Source: Arenicellales bacterium
GTDB taxonomy: Bacteria; Pseudomonadota; Gammaproteobacteria; Arenicellales; JAJDZL01
Direction: 5' to 3'
Length of the DNA: 64,000 nucleotides
NCBI GenBank assembly: GCA_965220725.1
Contig: OZ244840.1
Coordinates: 1,152,548-1,216,547 of the forward strand
In this document: positions 1 to 9,627 of the stretch, one piece after another
Layout: each line of letters starts with the position of its first letter
How positions within the stretch are numbered: the first letter of the stretch is position 1
The notes under the pieces: generated by a model
What the model saw: only the letters and a program-made list of their open reading frames with translations
What the model was told of the DNA's origin: nothing
The model's database searches: none
Made by a program: the position numbers and the translations under genes

Positions 1-1033
1 TGAGAACCAGATCAATTTCAGCGCCGGCAGCCGTTCGATAGAAGTAGGAGCGGGTTCTCCGCGGTGCGACAGAAAGTAAGTTTTCAATCACAAATCCCTC
101 CCAGCTTCGGCCGTTCATTGAATTTACCAACAATTCATCAAACTCTGATACTTCAAGTAGCGCGTGCAGCAACCCACTATCTCTGATATAGACTTTTGGA
201 CTCTTGATCATTCGCTTCTTGATATTTTGTTGGTACGGTCTTAGCTTCCTTACGATTAGTAAGTTTTCCAATAAATCGATATATCGAGACACACTCTTTG
301 CTCCAACTCTCATATTTGTTGCGAGGGCAGCGGAATTGAGCAATCCTCCTTGGCTATTTGCCAACAATTTCCAGAGCGTTTTCAAAGTAGACGAAGGAAT
401 CTGAATACCAAATGAAGGAATGTCCCGCTCAAGATAGGTTAGAATGAAGTCATCGCGAAACTCAATGCTGTCCGAATCACTAATTGCAGTAAAACTATCC
501 GGTAGTCCTCCGCGAAACCACAAGTCCCGAATTCTCTTTTCCTGTGTAACAGGCTTCACCTCTTCGTTTACTCCTTTAACTGTCTGCGTAGATTGGGTAG
601 GCTCACTAATTCGCATGACTTCCAGAACATTCAAAGGTCCCATTTCGACGAATGCTATACGCCCAGCAAGCGACTGACTTGATTTGTTCACAATATCTAT
701 TGACGCCGAACCAAGTAGAAGATACCGACCAGTTCTATTTCCAATCCACCGACCCTCATCGATCGCTGATCTCAGATGGTTGAACACGTCGGGATACAAG
801 TGAACTTCATCCAATATCAACAATCTATCTTGATAGAATCGCAATAGTTCTTTTGGACTTGAAGGACCTACAGGTATTCCGTCCTCAAAATCGACGTAGT
901 GTGAATTTACTTCACTTCCAATCTCTTTTGCCAGAGTCGTTTTACCAACCTGTCTGGCACCAAGCAATGCAACAGCGGCTTGTCTTTTCAAGGCGGCATT
1001 TACTGACTTTTGAGCAATCCGTTCAATAATCAT
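1..1033 (-). CDS. AAA+ ATPase, AAA_14/DUF4143 family (3' end runs off the window)
   Basis: Absent from the ORF track because no stop lies inside the window. My reverse-complement translation from ATG 1033 reads MIIERIAQKSVNAALKRQAAVALLGARQVGKTTLAKEIG... It has a P-loop (GARQVGKT), LLILDEVH (Walker B), and later KVYIRDSGLLHALL and GRSWEGFVIENL. It stays open to position 1. Confidence 0.7.
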   Translation of the reverse strand, partial: MIIERIAQKSVNAALKRQAAVALLGARQVGKTTLAKEIGSEVNSHYVDFEDGIPVGPSSPKELLRFYQDRLLILDEVHLYPDVFNHLRSAIDEGRWIGNRTGRYLLLGSASIDIVNKSSQSLAGRIAFVEMGPLNVLEVMRISEPTQSTQTVKGVNEEVKPVTQEKRIRDLWFRGGLPDSFTAISDSDSIEFRDDFILTYLERDIPSFGIQIPSSTLKTLWKLLANSQGGLLNSAALATNMRVGAKSVSRYIDLLENLLIVRKLRPYQQNIKKRMIKSPKVYIRDSGLLHALLEVSEFDELLVNSMNGRSWEGFVIENLLSVAPRRTRSYFYRTAAGAEIDLVL

Positions 1034-1080
1034 GAATGCAAAGTTCCAACAAAATATTCAAAAACTTGGTTTAATATTGT

Positions 1081-1150
1081 TTTTCGGACATCGTATGTCT
1101 ATTTAGCATTGTTAATCGGACATAGTATATCAGTTTTGCAAGATAATCAG
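1081..1150. repeat. Copy 1 of a ~70-nt direct repeat with two TCGGACA-centred sites 32 nt apart
   Basis: ttttcggacatcgtatgtctatttagcattgttaatcggacatagtatatcagttttgcaagataatcag aligns with 1433-1502 at roughly three-quarters identity. Confidence 0.6.
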
Positions 1151-1432
1151 TATGATTTCCTGTTCACAACGCACCAAGCTGCGTGACATCCAGCAATCCA
1201 GTTCTACTAGAAACACCACCTCGACGGCAGGGATCACAAGCGAAGAAGACAGAACTCAAAAATAGACCACGATCTTTATACGAAGCGGCCATGTTTATCG
1301 TAGATGCCAAGATTGACCACGGGCGCTAGCTGTCTTTCAGTCTAAAACGTCACAGTCTGAACCAATCTATTCGATAAATTTAAGTGCAATCAACTCTTGA
1401 CAAACATTGTTGCTAAAGGTATTTATCCTAGT

Positions 1433-1502
1433 ATTTCTGACATCGTATATCTTTTTAACATAGTTATTCGGACAATTTATGTCATTTTTGCTAGAAAGTC
1501 AG
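1433..1502. repeat. Copy 2 of the ~70-nt direct repeat
   Basis: atttctgacatcgtatatctttttaacatagttattcggacaatttatgtcatttttgctagaaagtcag; same order and spacing of sites as 1081-1150. Confidence 0.6.
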
Positions 1503-1874
1503 ACTATTTACGGTGTGTTCGTAAAATTCTCACCAGTTACATCCCACAATATTGTTTTCGAGTGATCTCCATTCCATTGGACGTAATCACAAGGAGTTTT
1601 TCAGCGACTTAACGTGGTGCAGTTAGGGGCAACAGCATCTTGCTTTCCAACCATCCAGGCTCAGATCAATACGAATTGCCCTGAGCACTTTTGCTACCAG
1701 TAACCAGTAGCTGTTAGGATAGTGAAAGCTAGACCATCTTCTTGTCGGTCGGACGATGTACATCCGAATTTGTGTCATTTGAATTATGCTCTCCACATTT
1801 GAATATTGTCGCTATCAAATTTATGGTACAACCCAAAAAGTCAAACATCAACTCATCATCATTTGGAACCAACT

Positions 1875-3953
1875 ATGGCAGTGACAACCCGCCGTGAAGA
1901 GTCCATCTTCTTCGTGGAACTGGACAACTCACCAGACAACGTGATCGATTTGTCTGTACGAAAGGGATTGAACAACGCGCTGCAACAGATTAAAAAGCAG
2001 AAAGGATTGACCCGAGTCATCCTGACAGGTCGGGGGGATGTGTTCTCCACCCGAACACGTCGAAAGGATCTGTACTCACGTCCAGCCGCACCTCATCTTC
2101 GAAGACTCATCTCGCAAATCGAGACATCCGAGATCCCCTGGATTGCAGCAATCAATGGTTCGGCAACAGGCAGTGGTTGCGAACTGATACTTGGATGCAG
2201 ATATCGAATCGCAGTGGCCGACAGCGAATTCGGATTTCCGGACATTGAGCATTATCTCATTCCTGAAGCTGGAGGCACCCAGCGGTTACCCAGACTGGTT
2301 GGGCTTGAGCGCGCGGTGAAAATGATCGCCAGCGGCAAGCCAATATCCAGTTCAGAAGCTCTATCTTGCGGATTGATCGATCAGCTGATATTGGACGGGA
2401 ATGCTGTAGAGACTGCGATTGAATTGAGTGAGTCAGCACTCGACAATGTAAGTCGCGTCGCCGACCGATCGGTAGAAAAAATACCCGATTCGCCAATTCT
2501 GCTTATGCTCGCTTCCTCCAAGAACGCCAATCTCAAACAAACTACTTGTCGAAAAATCGAGAAACTCGTGTTTGCTTCGGCCACTGTCGCATTTGATGAA
2601 GGACTCACACTGGAACGTAATGCAGCCCTTGCGGTTCGAAATTCAGCCCCGGCACGTTCACTTCAGAACCTATATTTCGCTGAGCGTACCGCCAAGGCCA
2701 CTGAATTCCAGCAGCAGTCAGTCCCCATCAATCATGTCGTCGTAGTCGGAGGAGGCACAATGGGCTCCGGTATCGCATACGCGCTGCTGAAGTCCGGAAT
2801 TCCCAAGACAACCATCATTGAATCCAATTCTGATGCTGCGAACAAGGTTATCGAAAGGTTCGAGAAAATCATCATGTCGAGTCAGAAGCGACAGTTGATC
2901 GGAAAGTCCCATGCCAAGAAAATTCGCAGCAACCTTGAACTTAGTACCGACTACTCATCAGCAAGCGATGCTTCACTGGCAATTGAAGCCGTCTTTGAGG
3001 ACATGCAGGTCAAGAAATCCGTCTTCTCGAATCTGGAAGCACATGTTCCATCATCCGCAATACTGGCTACGAACACCTCCTATCTCGATGTCAATGAAAT
3101 CGCAAGTGACCTGAAGGACCCGTCCCGACTGGTTGGACTTCACTTTTTTGCACCGGCCCACATCATGAAGCTCCTGGAGGTCGTTCGTGGAAAAGCCACT
3201 TCCGACCAAGCGCTGGCAACCGGCTACAACCTGGCAGATCGTTTACAGAAGATACCGGTTTTGGCTGGTGTGTGTGATGGTTTCATCGGAAATCGGATTC
3301 TCTCCCGCTATCGGGAGGCAGCCGATACACTGCTGATGGAAGGCATATTGCCTTCGAAGATTGATCAGGTCATGGTGAGATTCGGCTACAGGATGGGACC
3401 CTACCAGGCGCAGGACCTGTCCGGGCTTGACATCGCTTATGCCAACCGTCGACGTCAGGACGCCACTCGAGACCCACAACGCCTGTACGTATCCGTAGCT
3501 GACCAGTTGGTGGAGAGGGGCAGGCTGGGACGCAAAACCAATCGCGGGTGGTATTGCTATACCGAAACCGGCAATCCATTCCTCGACATTGAAATCAAAT
3601 CCTTACTACTTATGGAATCCGAGCGCCTTGGATTCCATCATCGCTACTTTTCGTACGACGAAATCCGCACTCGTCTGTTATTGGCAATGATCAATGAAGC
3701 CGCAGATATCCTGTATGAGGGAATCGCCCAGTCAGCACAAGACATTGATCTGGTCACTGTATACGGCTACGGATTTCCGCGTTGGCGCGGTGGATTGATG
3801 CACTATGCCGATTCGCGCGGTGTCAGCTGGATTATCAAACAGCTGGAAAGACTGCAGAGAGAAGATCCCCTGGTTTGGAATCCAAGTCCCGCATTGCGTT
3901 ACTGCGCTGAAAATAATCTCAGCCTTGCAGAATACAGGGCAAACAAAGACTGA
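1875..3953 (+). CDS. Bifunctional enoyl-CoA hydratase / 3-hydroxyacyl-CoA dehydrogenase (FadB/FadJ-like)
   Basis: The ORF opens at TTG 1806; the first ATG is at 1875 (MAVTTRREESIFFVELD). It has an N-terminal crotonase fold, then the Rossmann motif VVVVGGGTMGSGIAYALL and 3-hydroxyacyl-CoA dehydrogenase C-terminal domains. Confidence 0.85.
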   Translation: MAVTTRREESIFFVELDNSPDNVIDLSVRKGLNNALQQIKKQKGLTRVILTGRGDVFSTRTRRKDLYSRPAAPHLRRLISQIETSEIPWIAAINGSATGSGCELILGCRYRIAVADSEFGFPDIEHYLIPEAGGTQRLPRLVGLERAVKMIASGKPISSSEALSCGLIDQLILDGNAVETAIELSESALDNVSRVADRSVEKIPDSPILLMLASSKNANLKQTTCRKIEKLVFASATVAFDEGLTLERNAALAVRNSAPARSLQNLYFAERTAKATEFQQQSVPINHVVVVGGGTMGSGIAYALLKSGIPKTTIIESNSDAANKVIERFEKIIMSSQKRQLIGKSHAKKIRSNLELSTDYSSASDASLAIEAVFEDMQVKKSVFSNLEAHVPSSAILATNTSYLDVNEIASDLKDPSRLVGLHFFAPAHIMKLLEVVRGKATSDQALATGYNLADRLQKIPVLAGVCDGFIGNRILSRYREAADTLLMEGILPSKIDQVMVRFGYRMGPYQAQDLSGLDIAYANRRRQDATRDPQRLYVSVADQLVERGRLGRKTNRGWYCYTETGNPFLDIEIKSLLLMESERLGFHHRYFSYDEIRTRLLLAMINEAADILYEGIAQSAQDIDLVTVYGYGFPRWRGGLMHYADSRGVSWIIKQLERLQREDPLVWNPSPALRYCAENNLSLAEYRANKD

Positions 3954-4002
3954 AGCTGAATTTTGCGTCGAGTGAAATCCTGGCCGTGCAACCAATCGGA
4001 TT

Positions 4003-5196
4003 TTACACTTTCTCTAGTGCGATCGAAATACCCTGCCCGACGCCGACACACATCGTAGCCAAGGCGAGGTCACCGGAATTCTTTAGTTCAAGCGCCGCGG
4101 TGCCGGTAATCCGCGCACCGGACATACCCAATGGATGCCCCAGTGCAATCGCGCCGCCGTTGGGATTGACATGTTCAGCATCCTCCTCGATTCCCAGCTC
4201 GCGCAATACCGCAACCGCCTGACTCGCAAATGCCTCATTCAGTTCAATCACACTGAAGTCCCACGGTTTGATCCCCAACCGGTTACATAGCTTCCGCGTC
4301 GCGGGTACAGGCCCGATTCCCATGATCCTCGGAAGCACGCCTGCTGTAGCACCACCCAGTATCCGTGCCATCGGCCTGAATCCGCAGCGTTTCACTGCGG
4401 TTTCGCTGGCAATGATCAATGCAGCGGCACCATCATTCACACCTGAGGAGTTCCCGGCGGTAATGCAACCTCCATGACGAAACAGCGGCTGCAAAGCCCT
4501 CAACTTAACGAGTGATGTCTCTCGCGGATGCTCATCCTCACTGACACTTGTCGTCTCTCCTTTATGGTGTTTGATCTTGACGGAAACGATTTCCTGCGCC
4601 AACCGTGCCTTTGCCGATTGTGCGCGGTTTTGACTTCGCAAGGCGAAAGAATCCTGTGCCTCGCGCGATACGTCGAATTCTGCAGCAACGTTTTCGGCTG
4701 TTTCAGGCATCGAGTCAACCCCGTACTGGTCTCGCAGAACCGGATTGATAAACCGCCATCCCATTGTTGTGTCGTACATTTCAGCGACACGTGAAAAAGG
4801 CTGTGTGGCCTTTGGCATCACAAACGGTGCGCGACTCATGCTCTCAACGCCTCCGGCAATCACCAAATCGAGTTCTCCACTTCGAATCGCACGCGCTGCG
4901 GTGATGATCGCGTCCATCCCGGAGCCGCATAATCGATTGATCGTGGTACCCGGAATCGTCTTCGGATAACCTGCCAACAGCAACGCCATTCGTGCGACAT
5001 TGCGATTGTCCTCTCCGGCCTGATTGGCACAGCCAAGAATGACTTCATCAACCTCTTCGACTTCAAAGGCCTGGTTTGTCTCAGCGAATGCGCGAAGTGG
5101 AACAGACGCCAGATCGTCGGTTCGAACTGATGAGATCGCTCCGCCGAATCGACCGATCGGGGTGCGCAGGTAATCACAAATGAAAGCTTCAGGCAT
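4003..5196 (-). CDS. 3-oxoadipyl-CoA / acetyl-CoA C-acyltransferase (thiolase, PcaF/PaaJ-like)
   Basis: Internal ATG at 5196 gives MPEAFICDYLRTPIGRFGGA. Thiolase motifs are NRLCGSGMDAI, GHPLGMSGARI and CVGVGQGI. The 80 upstream ORF codons overlap the divergent promoter and the bclA start, so they are probably not translated. Confidence 0.9.
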   Translation of the reverse strand: MPEAFICDYLRTPIGRFGGAISSVRTDDLASVPLRAFAETNQAFEVEEVDEVILGCANQAGEDNRNVARMALLLAGYPKTIPGTTINRLCGSGMDAIITAARAIRSGELDLVIAGGVESMSRAPFVMPKATQPFSRVAEMYDTTMGWRFINPVLRDQYGVDSMPETAENVAAEFDVSREAQDSFALRSQNRAQSAKARLAQEIVSVKIKHHKGETTSVSEDEHPRETSLVKLRALQPLFRHGGCITAGNSSGVNDGAAALIIASETAVKRCGFRPMARILGGATAGVLPRIMGIGPVPATRKLCNRLGIKPWDFSVIELNEAFASQAVAVLRELGIEEDAEHVNPNGGAIALGHPLGMSGARITGTAALELKNSGDLALATMCVGVGQGISIALEKV

Positions 5197-5413
5197 GGGC
5201 AGTTGAATTTTGATGATGATTTGCCGAAGATATACAAAAATCAGGTATGCATATAAAATCTGATAACGGTTCTCCAGACACCAACAGAAAAGGAATCTGG
5301 GAATTCCTGAAATTTTCGCAGATAACGAACTGTCGTTCAATGGCACAAGGGCAATTACTGAACGAGCGAATTGAATGTGACAGACCGAAACGCTTGATAC
5401 ACAGAGGAAGTTA

Positions 5414-6961
5414 ATGGTGACAGAACAAAACCACAACGCTGCTGTCTGGTTTGTTGACCGACACGTCGATGAAAGACGAGCTTACAAGATTGCGTTCAGG
5501 GAAGTATCCGATCAGCAACGAACCATGACCTATGGAGAACTTGCTGAACGTTCCTGTATAGTCGCCGGTGCTTTTCACGAACTCGACATGCGACGCGAGG
5601 AGAGAGTCGCGTGCCTGCTGCTGGATCAGATCGAATATCCTGAAATCTTTTGGGGCGCACTCAAATCTGGCGTCGTTCCGGTATTGGTCAACACCTTGCT
5701 GTCCTCAGCTGTGTATGGCGCGATCCTTGACGACAGCCGGGCGGTCTGCCTGTTTGTCTCATCGCAGCTGTTGGATCGGGTACTCCCCGCAATCGATGAC
5801 AACCCATATTTGAGAAACATTGTGGTTGTCGGAGACACAGCACCGGACCACATGTCCACCTACTCAGAATTCCTATCAGGCGCCGAAGCCCTGCCAGCCA
5901 TCCACACGAGCAGTGACGAATGCGCTTTCTGGCTGTACTCGTCCGGCTCAACCGGTAATCCAAAAGGCGTTCGACATGTCCATGGCGCGTTGCGCGCAAC
6001 TGCCGACACTTACGGCTCCCAGGTTCTCGGAATCCGGGAAGATGACACCGTATTTTCCGCCGCAAAGATATTCTTTGCCTACGGACTTGGAAATTCAATG
6101 ACGTTTCCGATGTCGGTCGGTGCAACCACTTACCTGTATAACGGACGCCCCACACCGGACATCGTTTTGGAAGTCATTGAGAAATTCGAGCCGACGATCT
6201 TCTATGGTGTACCCACGCTGTATGCGGCAACAATCGCACAACTGAACAATCGCAACACACCGCCGTCGAATCTTCGACTGTGTGTTTCAGCGGGAGAGGC
6301 CTTGCCGGAAGAGATCGGAACCCGATGGCGGGAAATCTTCAACGTCGATATCCTGGATGGCGTCGGCTCAACGGAAATGCTTCACATCTTTCTCAGCAAC
6401 AGTCCGAATGATGTAGTCTACGGTACGTCGGGTACCGCAGTACCGGGTTACGACCTGCGCTGCGTCGATGAAACCGGCAACGATGTCGAGGTTGGAAAGA
6501 TCGGCGAGCTGCTCGTCCGAGGTGCATCGTCGGCTGACGGTTACTGGAACCAACGCGACAAAAGTCGGGCAACATTCGAGGGGGAGTGGACCCGTACCGG
6601 TGACAAATTCGAATATGCAGGTGATGGCCGCTACATCTACTGTGGTCGAACGGATGACATGTTCAAGGTCTCCGGAATCTGGGTATCGCCGTTTGAGGTG
6701 GAACAGGCTCTGGTCGCCCATGAATCCGTGCTTGAAGCCGCAGTCGTTGCGGCCCGTGATGAGGATGGACTTGAAAAACCAAAGGCGTTTATCGTTTTGA
6801 ACGAAAACGCAGGCAGTAAGAGTTTGGAAGACGACCTCAAGGAATACGTCAAGGAGAAGATTGGACTCTGGAAATATCCACGTTGGATTGAATTCGTATC
6901 TGAACTGCCAAAAACCGCAACCGGAAAAATCCAGCGATTCAAGCTGCGAGACAACCAATGA
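5414..6961 (+). CDS. bclA: Benzoate-CoA ligase family (AMP-forming aryl-CoA ligase)
   Basis: The SD gaggaag precedes the ATG. AMP-binding motifs are WLYSSGSTGNPKGV, YRTGD-like TRTGDKF, GRTDDMFKVSG and LPKTATGKIQRF. The N-terminus NAAVWFVDRHVDE is typical of benzoate-CoA ligases, and the gene sits in a box-gene context. Confidence 0.75.
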   Translation: MVTEQNHNAAVWFVDRHVDERRAYKIAFREVSDQQRTMTYGELAERSCIVAGAFHELDMRREERVACLLLDQIEYPEIFWGALKSGVVPVLVNTLLSSAVYGAILDDSRAVCLFVSSQLLDRVLPAIDDNPYLRNIVVVGDTAPDHMSTYSEFLSGAEALPAIHTSSDECAFWLYSSGSTGNPKGVRHVHGALRATADTYGSQVLGIREDDTVFSAAKIFFAYGLGNSMTFPMSVGATTYLYNGRPTPDIVLEVIEKFEPTIFYGVPTLYAATIAQLNNRNTPPSNLRLCVSAGEALPEEIGTRWREIFNVDILDGVGSTEMLHIFLSNSPNDVVYGTSGTAVPGYDLRCVDETGNDVEVGKIGELLVRGASSADGYWNQRDKSRATFEGEWTRTGDKFEYAGDGRYIYCGRTDDMFKVSGIWVSPFEVEQALVAHESVLEAAVVAARDEDGLEKPKAFIVLNENAGSKSLEDDLKEYVKEKIGLWKYPRWIEFVSELPKTATGKIQRFKLRDNQ

Positions 6962-7785
6962 CCCAGTTCAACTGGGTTGACGGTGCAACCGGCTACATCA
7001 ATGCCGGCGGCAAATCCCTGGAGTACGCCTGTTACGGACCCAGTCCAAACCAGTCCTCAACGATCATCATGCTGCACGAGGGGCTTGGCTGCGTAAGCCT
7101 TTGGCGGGACATTCCCCGTGCCATCGCAGACAAGACCAGTCTTGGTGTATTTGTGTATTCCCGCGCCGGCTATGGACAGTCTGATCTGGCGGACCTGCCG
7201 CGCCCGCTGGATTACATGACTCGCGAGGCACATGATGTCCTACCGGTATTGCTGGATGAAATGGGTTTGGTTCGCGGTATTCTGCTTGGGCACTCCGACG
7301 GCGCCACCATTGCGGCAATTTATGCGGGTTCGGTTGCAGATTCTCGAATTCGTGGACTGATCCTGATGGCACCGCACTTCTTCGCCGAGGAATTCAGTCT
7401 GATTGAAATCGCCCGGGCCAAGGAGGTGTTCGAATCAAGCGATCTCAAAACACGGATGGCGAAATTCCATCGTGACCCTGAAAACACGTTTCGCGGATGG
7501 AACGATGCCTGGCTGCATCCTGACTTCAGACAGTGGAATGTCGCCGTTGTCATTGATCATTTCCGCGTGCCGGTACTCGCCATTCAGGGCGAAGACGATC
7601 AATATGGAACGCTCGCCCAAATTCGGGAGATCGAAGATCGCATCTATTCACCACTTGAGACGGCAATCCTGCCGGATTGCAGGCACGCGCCTCATCTGGA
7701 TCAACGCGACCTGACTCTGGCAGCAATTGTTGATTTCACGCGTCGTCTGGAAAAATTCGAACACGAAGCAATTGACGTTCCATAA
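6958..7785 (+). CDS. Alpha/beta-fold hydrolase
   Basis: ATGA overlap with the bclA stop. It has the nucleophile elbow LLGHSDGATIA (G-x-S-x-G) and a C-terminal D...H (LPDCRHAPH). Confidence 0.8.
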   Translation: MTQFNWVDGATGYINAGGKSLEYACYGPSPNQSSTIIMLHEGLGCVSLWRDIPRAIADKTSLGVFVYSRAGYGQSDLADLPRPLDYMTREAHDVLPVLLDEMGLVRGILLGHSDGATIAAIYAGSVADSRIRGLILMAPHFFAEEFSLIEIARAKEVFESSDLKTRMAKFHRDPENTFRGWNDAWLHPDFRQWNVAVVIDHFRVPVLAIQGEDDQYGTLAQIREIEDRIYSPLETAILPDCRHAPHLDQRDLTLAAIVDFTRRLEKFEHEAIDVP

Positions 7786-7885
7786 TGTAAATGCCGGCAA
7801 ACTCAAAGGCGAACGAAGATAGTGATCACCTGTTCGAAAATGCACCTTCACGTCGGACAGTTATAATGCTGATTTGACCTGTCCC

Positions 7886-9580
7886 ATGCAACTCGAATCA
7901 TTTGGAACTGGAGAAAAGCAATTGACCGCATTCATCGACTTTCAAGTTGATCCTTCAAGATACCGTCATTGGCGCGTTGAATTTGATGGTCCTGTCGCCA
8001 ATATCTTCATGGACGTCGACGACAGCGGCTCACTGTTTGATGGCTATGACCTGAAACTGAATTCCTATGATCTTGGCGTTGATATCGAACTCGCAGACAT
8101 CGTCGAGAGAATGCGATTCGAACATCCCGAGATCAAGGTGGTTGTGATGCAGTCTGGCAAGGAACGTGTATTCTGCGCCGGAGCGAATATTCGGATGCTG
8201 GGTGGTGCAACACACAGCCACAAAGTCAACTTCTGCAAGTTCACAAACGAAACACGAAATGCACTTGAAGCAGCAGAATCCGACAGCGGACAGAAATACA
8301 TTGCTGCCGTCAAGGGCGCATGCGCGGGCGGGGGCTATGAGTTGGCCCTGGCGTGCAACCACATCATGCTCACTGATGACAGCAACTCATCGGTGTCTCT
8401 TCCGGAAGTCCCCCTGCTTGCAGTTCTGCCAGGAACAGGTGGGCTGACCCGAGTAACCGACAAGCGCAAGGTTCGGCGCGACCTCGCTGATGTTTTCTGT
8501 TCCACCGAGGAAGGTGTCAAAGGCAAACGTGCAGTGGAGTGGGGATTGGTTGATGAGGTCATCGCCAACTCCGTGTTTGAGCAGACAGTCCAGGAACGTG
8601 CAGGGGAATTTGCTGCGGCCTCAGCCAAGCCGGACGTTTCGGAAGGAATTGCATTGACACCGTTGAACCGTGTGTTTGAACGAGATGGGTCGATCACCTA
8701 TTCCACACTCAGGGTGGACACCGATCGAAATTCCCATAAGGCGACAATTACAATCCTTGGTCCGGAACAAGAACCGTCAGATATTCAAACCTTTCTGACT
8801 GAAGGCGCTGATGCCTACATGCTGCGTTTGGCCCGCGAGTTGGACAACGCCATCCTCCATCTTCGATTCAATGAATTGGAACTGGGACTCTTGGTGTTTC
8901 GCTCGCAGGGGGATACCAACAAACTTCTGGCACATGAGGCCTTGCTGCTTGCCAACAGCGACCACTGGCTAGTCAACGAAGTATTGCAACTGTGGAAACG
9001 TGTTCTGAAGCGCATTGACATCACTTCGCGTTCCATGATCGCCCTGGTTGAGCACGGTTCCTGTTTCAGCGGCATCCTGGCTGAGATCTTGTTCGCGGTC
9101 GACCGCACCTATATGATGCTCGATGAGTTTGAAGATGACGACCGGACACTGGCCAGCATCACCTTGACGGATGTCAACTTCGGCCAATTTCCGATGGCGA
9201 ACAATCTATCGCGTCTTGAGACGCGCTTTCTGGGCGATCCCGACGCATTGCAGGCAGCCTCGAGTCGCAAAGGTGAAACCCTTGAAGCCGAAGATGCCCA
9301 GACGCTGGGACTGGTTACAATGGCATTGGATGACATCGACTGGGATGATGAGCTGCGAATCTTCATGGAGGAACGCGTATCGTTCAGCCCGGATGCGATG
9401 ACCGCGATGGAGGCCAATCTCAGGTTTGCCGGACCCGAGACGATGGAAACCCGGATTTTCGGGCGGCTGACAGCCTGGCAGAATTGGATATTCAACCGCC
9501 CCAACGCGGTTGGAGAACAAGGTGCCCTGCAGCGCTATGGCAGCGGCATGCGAGGCAAGTTTGACATGGAGCGTGTCTGA
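7886..9580 (+). CDS. boxC: 2,3-epoxybenzoyl-CoA dihydrolase (benzoyl-CoA-dihydrodiol lyase) BoxC
   Basis: About 565 aa, a double-size crotonase-superfamily protein. The N-terminus FQVDPSRYRHWRVEFDGPVA and FCAGANIRMLG...GACAGGGYELALACNH match my memory of BoxC. It lies next to boxB. The ORF opens at TTG 7874; the ATG is at 7886. Confidence 0.8.
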   Translation: MQLESFGTGEKQLTAFIDFQVDPSRYRHWRVEFDGPVANIFMDVDDSGSLFDGYDLKLNSYDLGVDIELADIVERMRFEHPEIKVVVMQSGKERVFCAGANIRMLGGATHSHKVNFCKFTNETRNALEAAESDSGQKYIAAVKGACAGGGYELALACNHIMLTDDSNSSVSLPEVPLLAVLPGTGGLTRVTDKRKVRRDLADVFCSTEEGVKGKRAVEWGLVDEVIANSVFEQTVQERAGEFAAASAKPDVSEGIALTPLNRVFERDGSITYSTLRVDTDRNSHKATITILGPEQEPSDIQTFLTEGADAYMLRLARELDNAILHLRFNELELGLLVFRSQGDTNKLLAHEALLLANSDHWLVNEVLQLWKRVLKRIDITSRSMIALVEHGSCFSGILAEILFAVDRTYMMLDEFEDDDRTLASITLTDVNFGQFPMANNLSRLETRFLGDPDALQAASSRKGETLEAEDAQTLGLVTMALDDIDWDDELRIFMEERVSFSPDAMTAMEANLRFAGPETMETRIFGRLTAWQNWIFNRPNAVGEQGALQRYGSGMRGKFDMERV

Positions 9581-9627
9581 AGTTCAGTACCGACACGAAT
9601 CTTTTACGAAAACATTGAGGAAAACAA

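Noticed and set aside
5197-5436. An 80-codon N-terminal extension of the thiolase ORF overlapping the bclA start.
   Set aside because: The extension is hydrophobic nonsense over an AT-rich divergent promoter region. The canonical thiolase N-terminus MPEAFICDYLRTPIGRFGG starts at ATG 5196.
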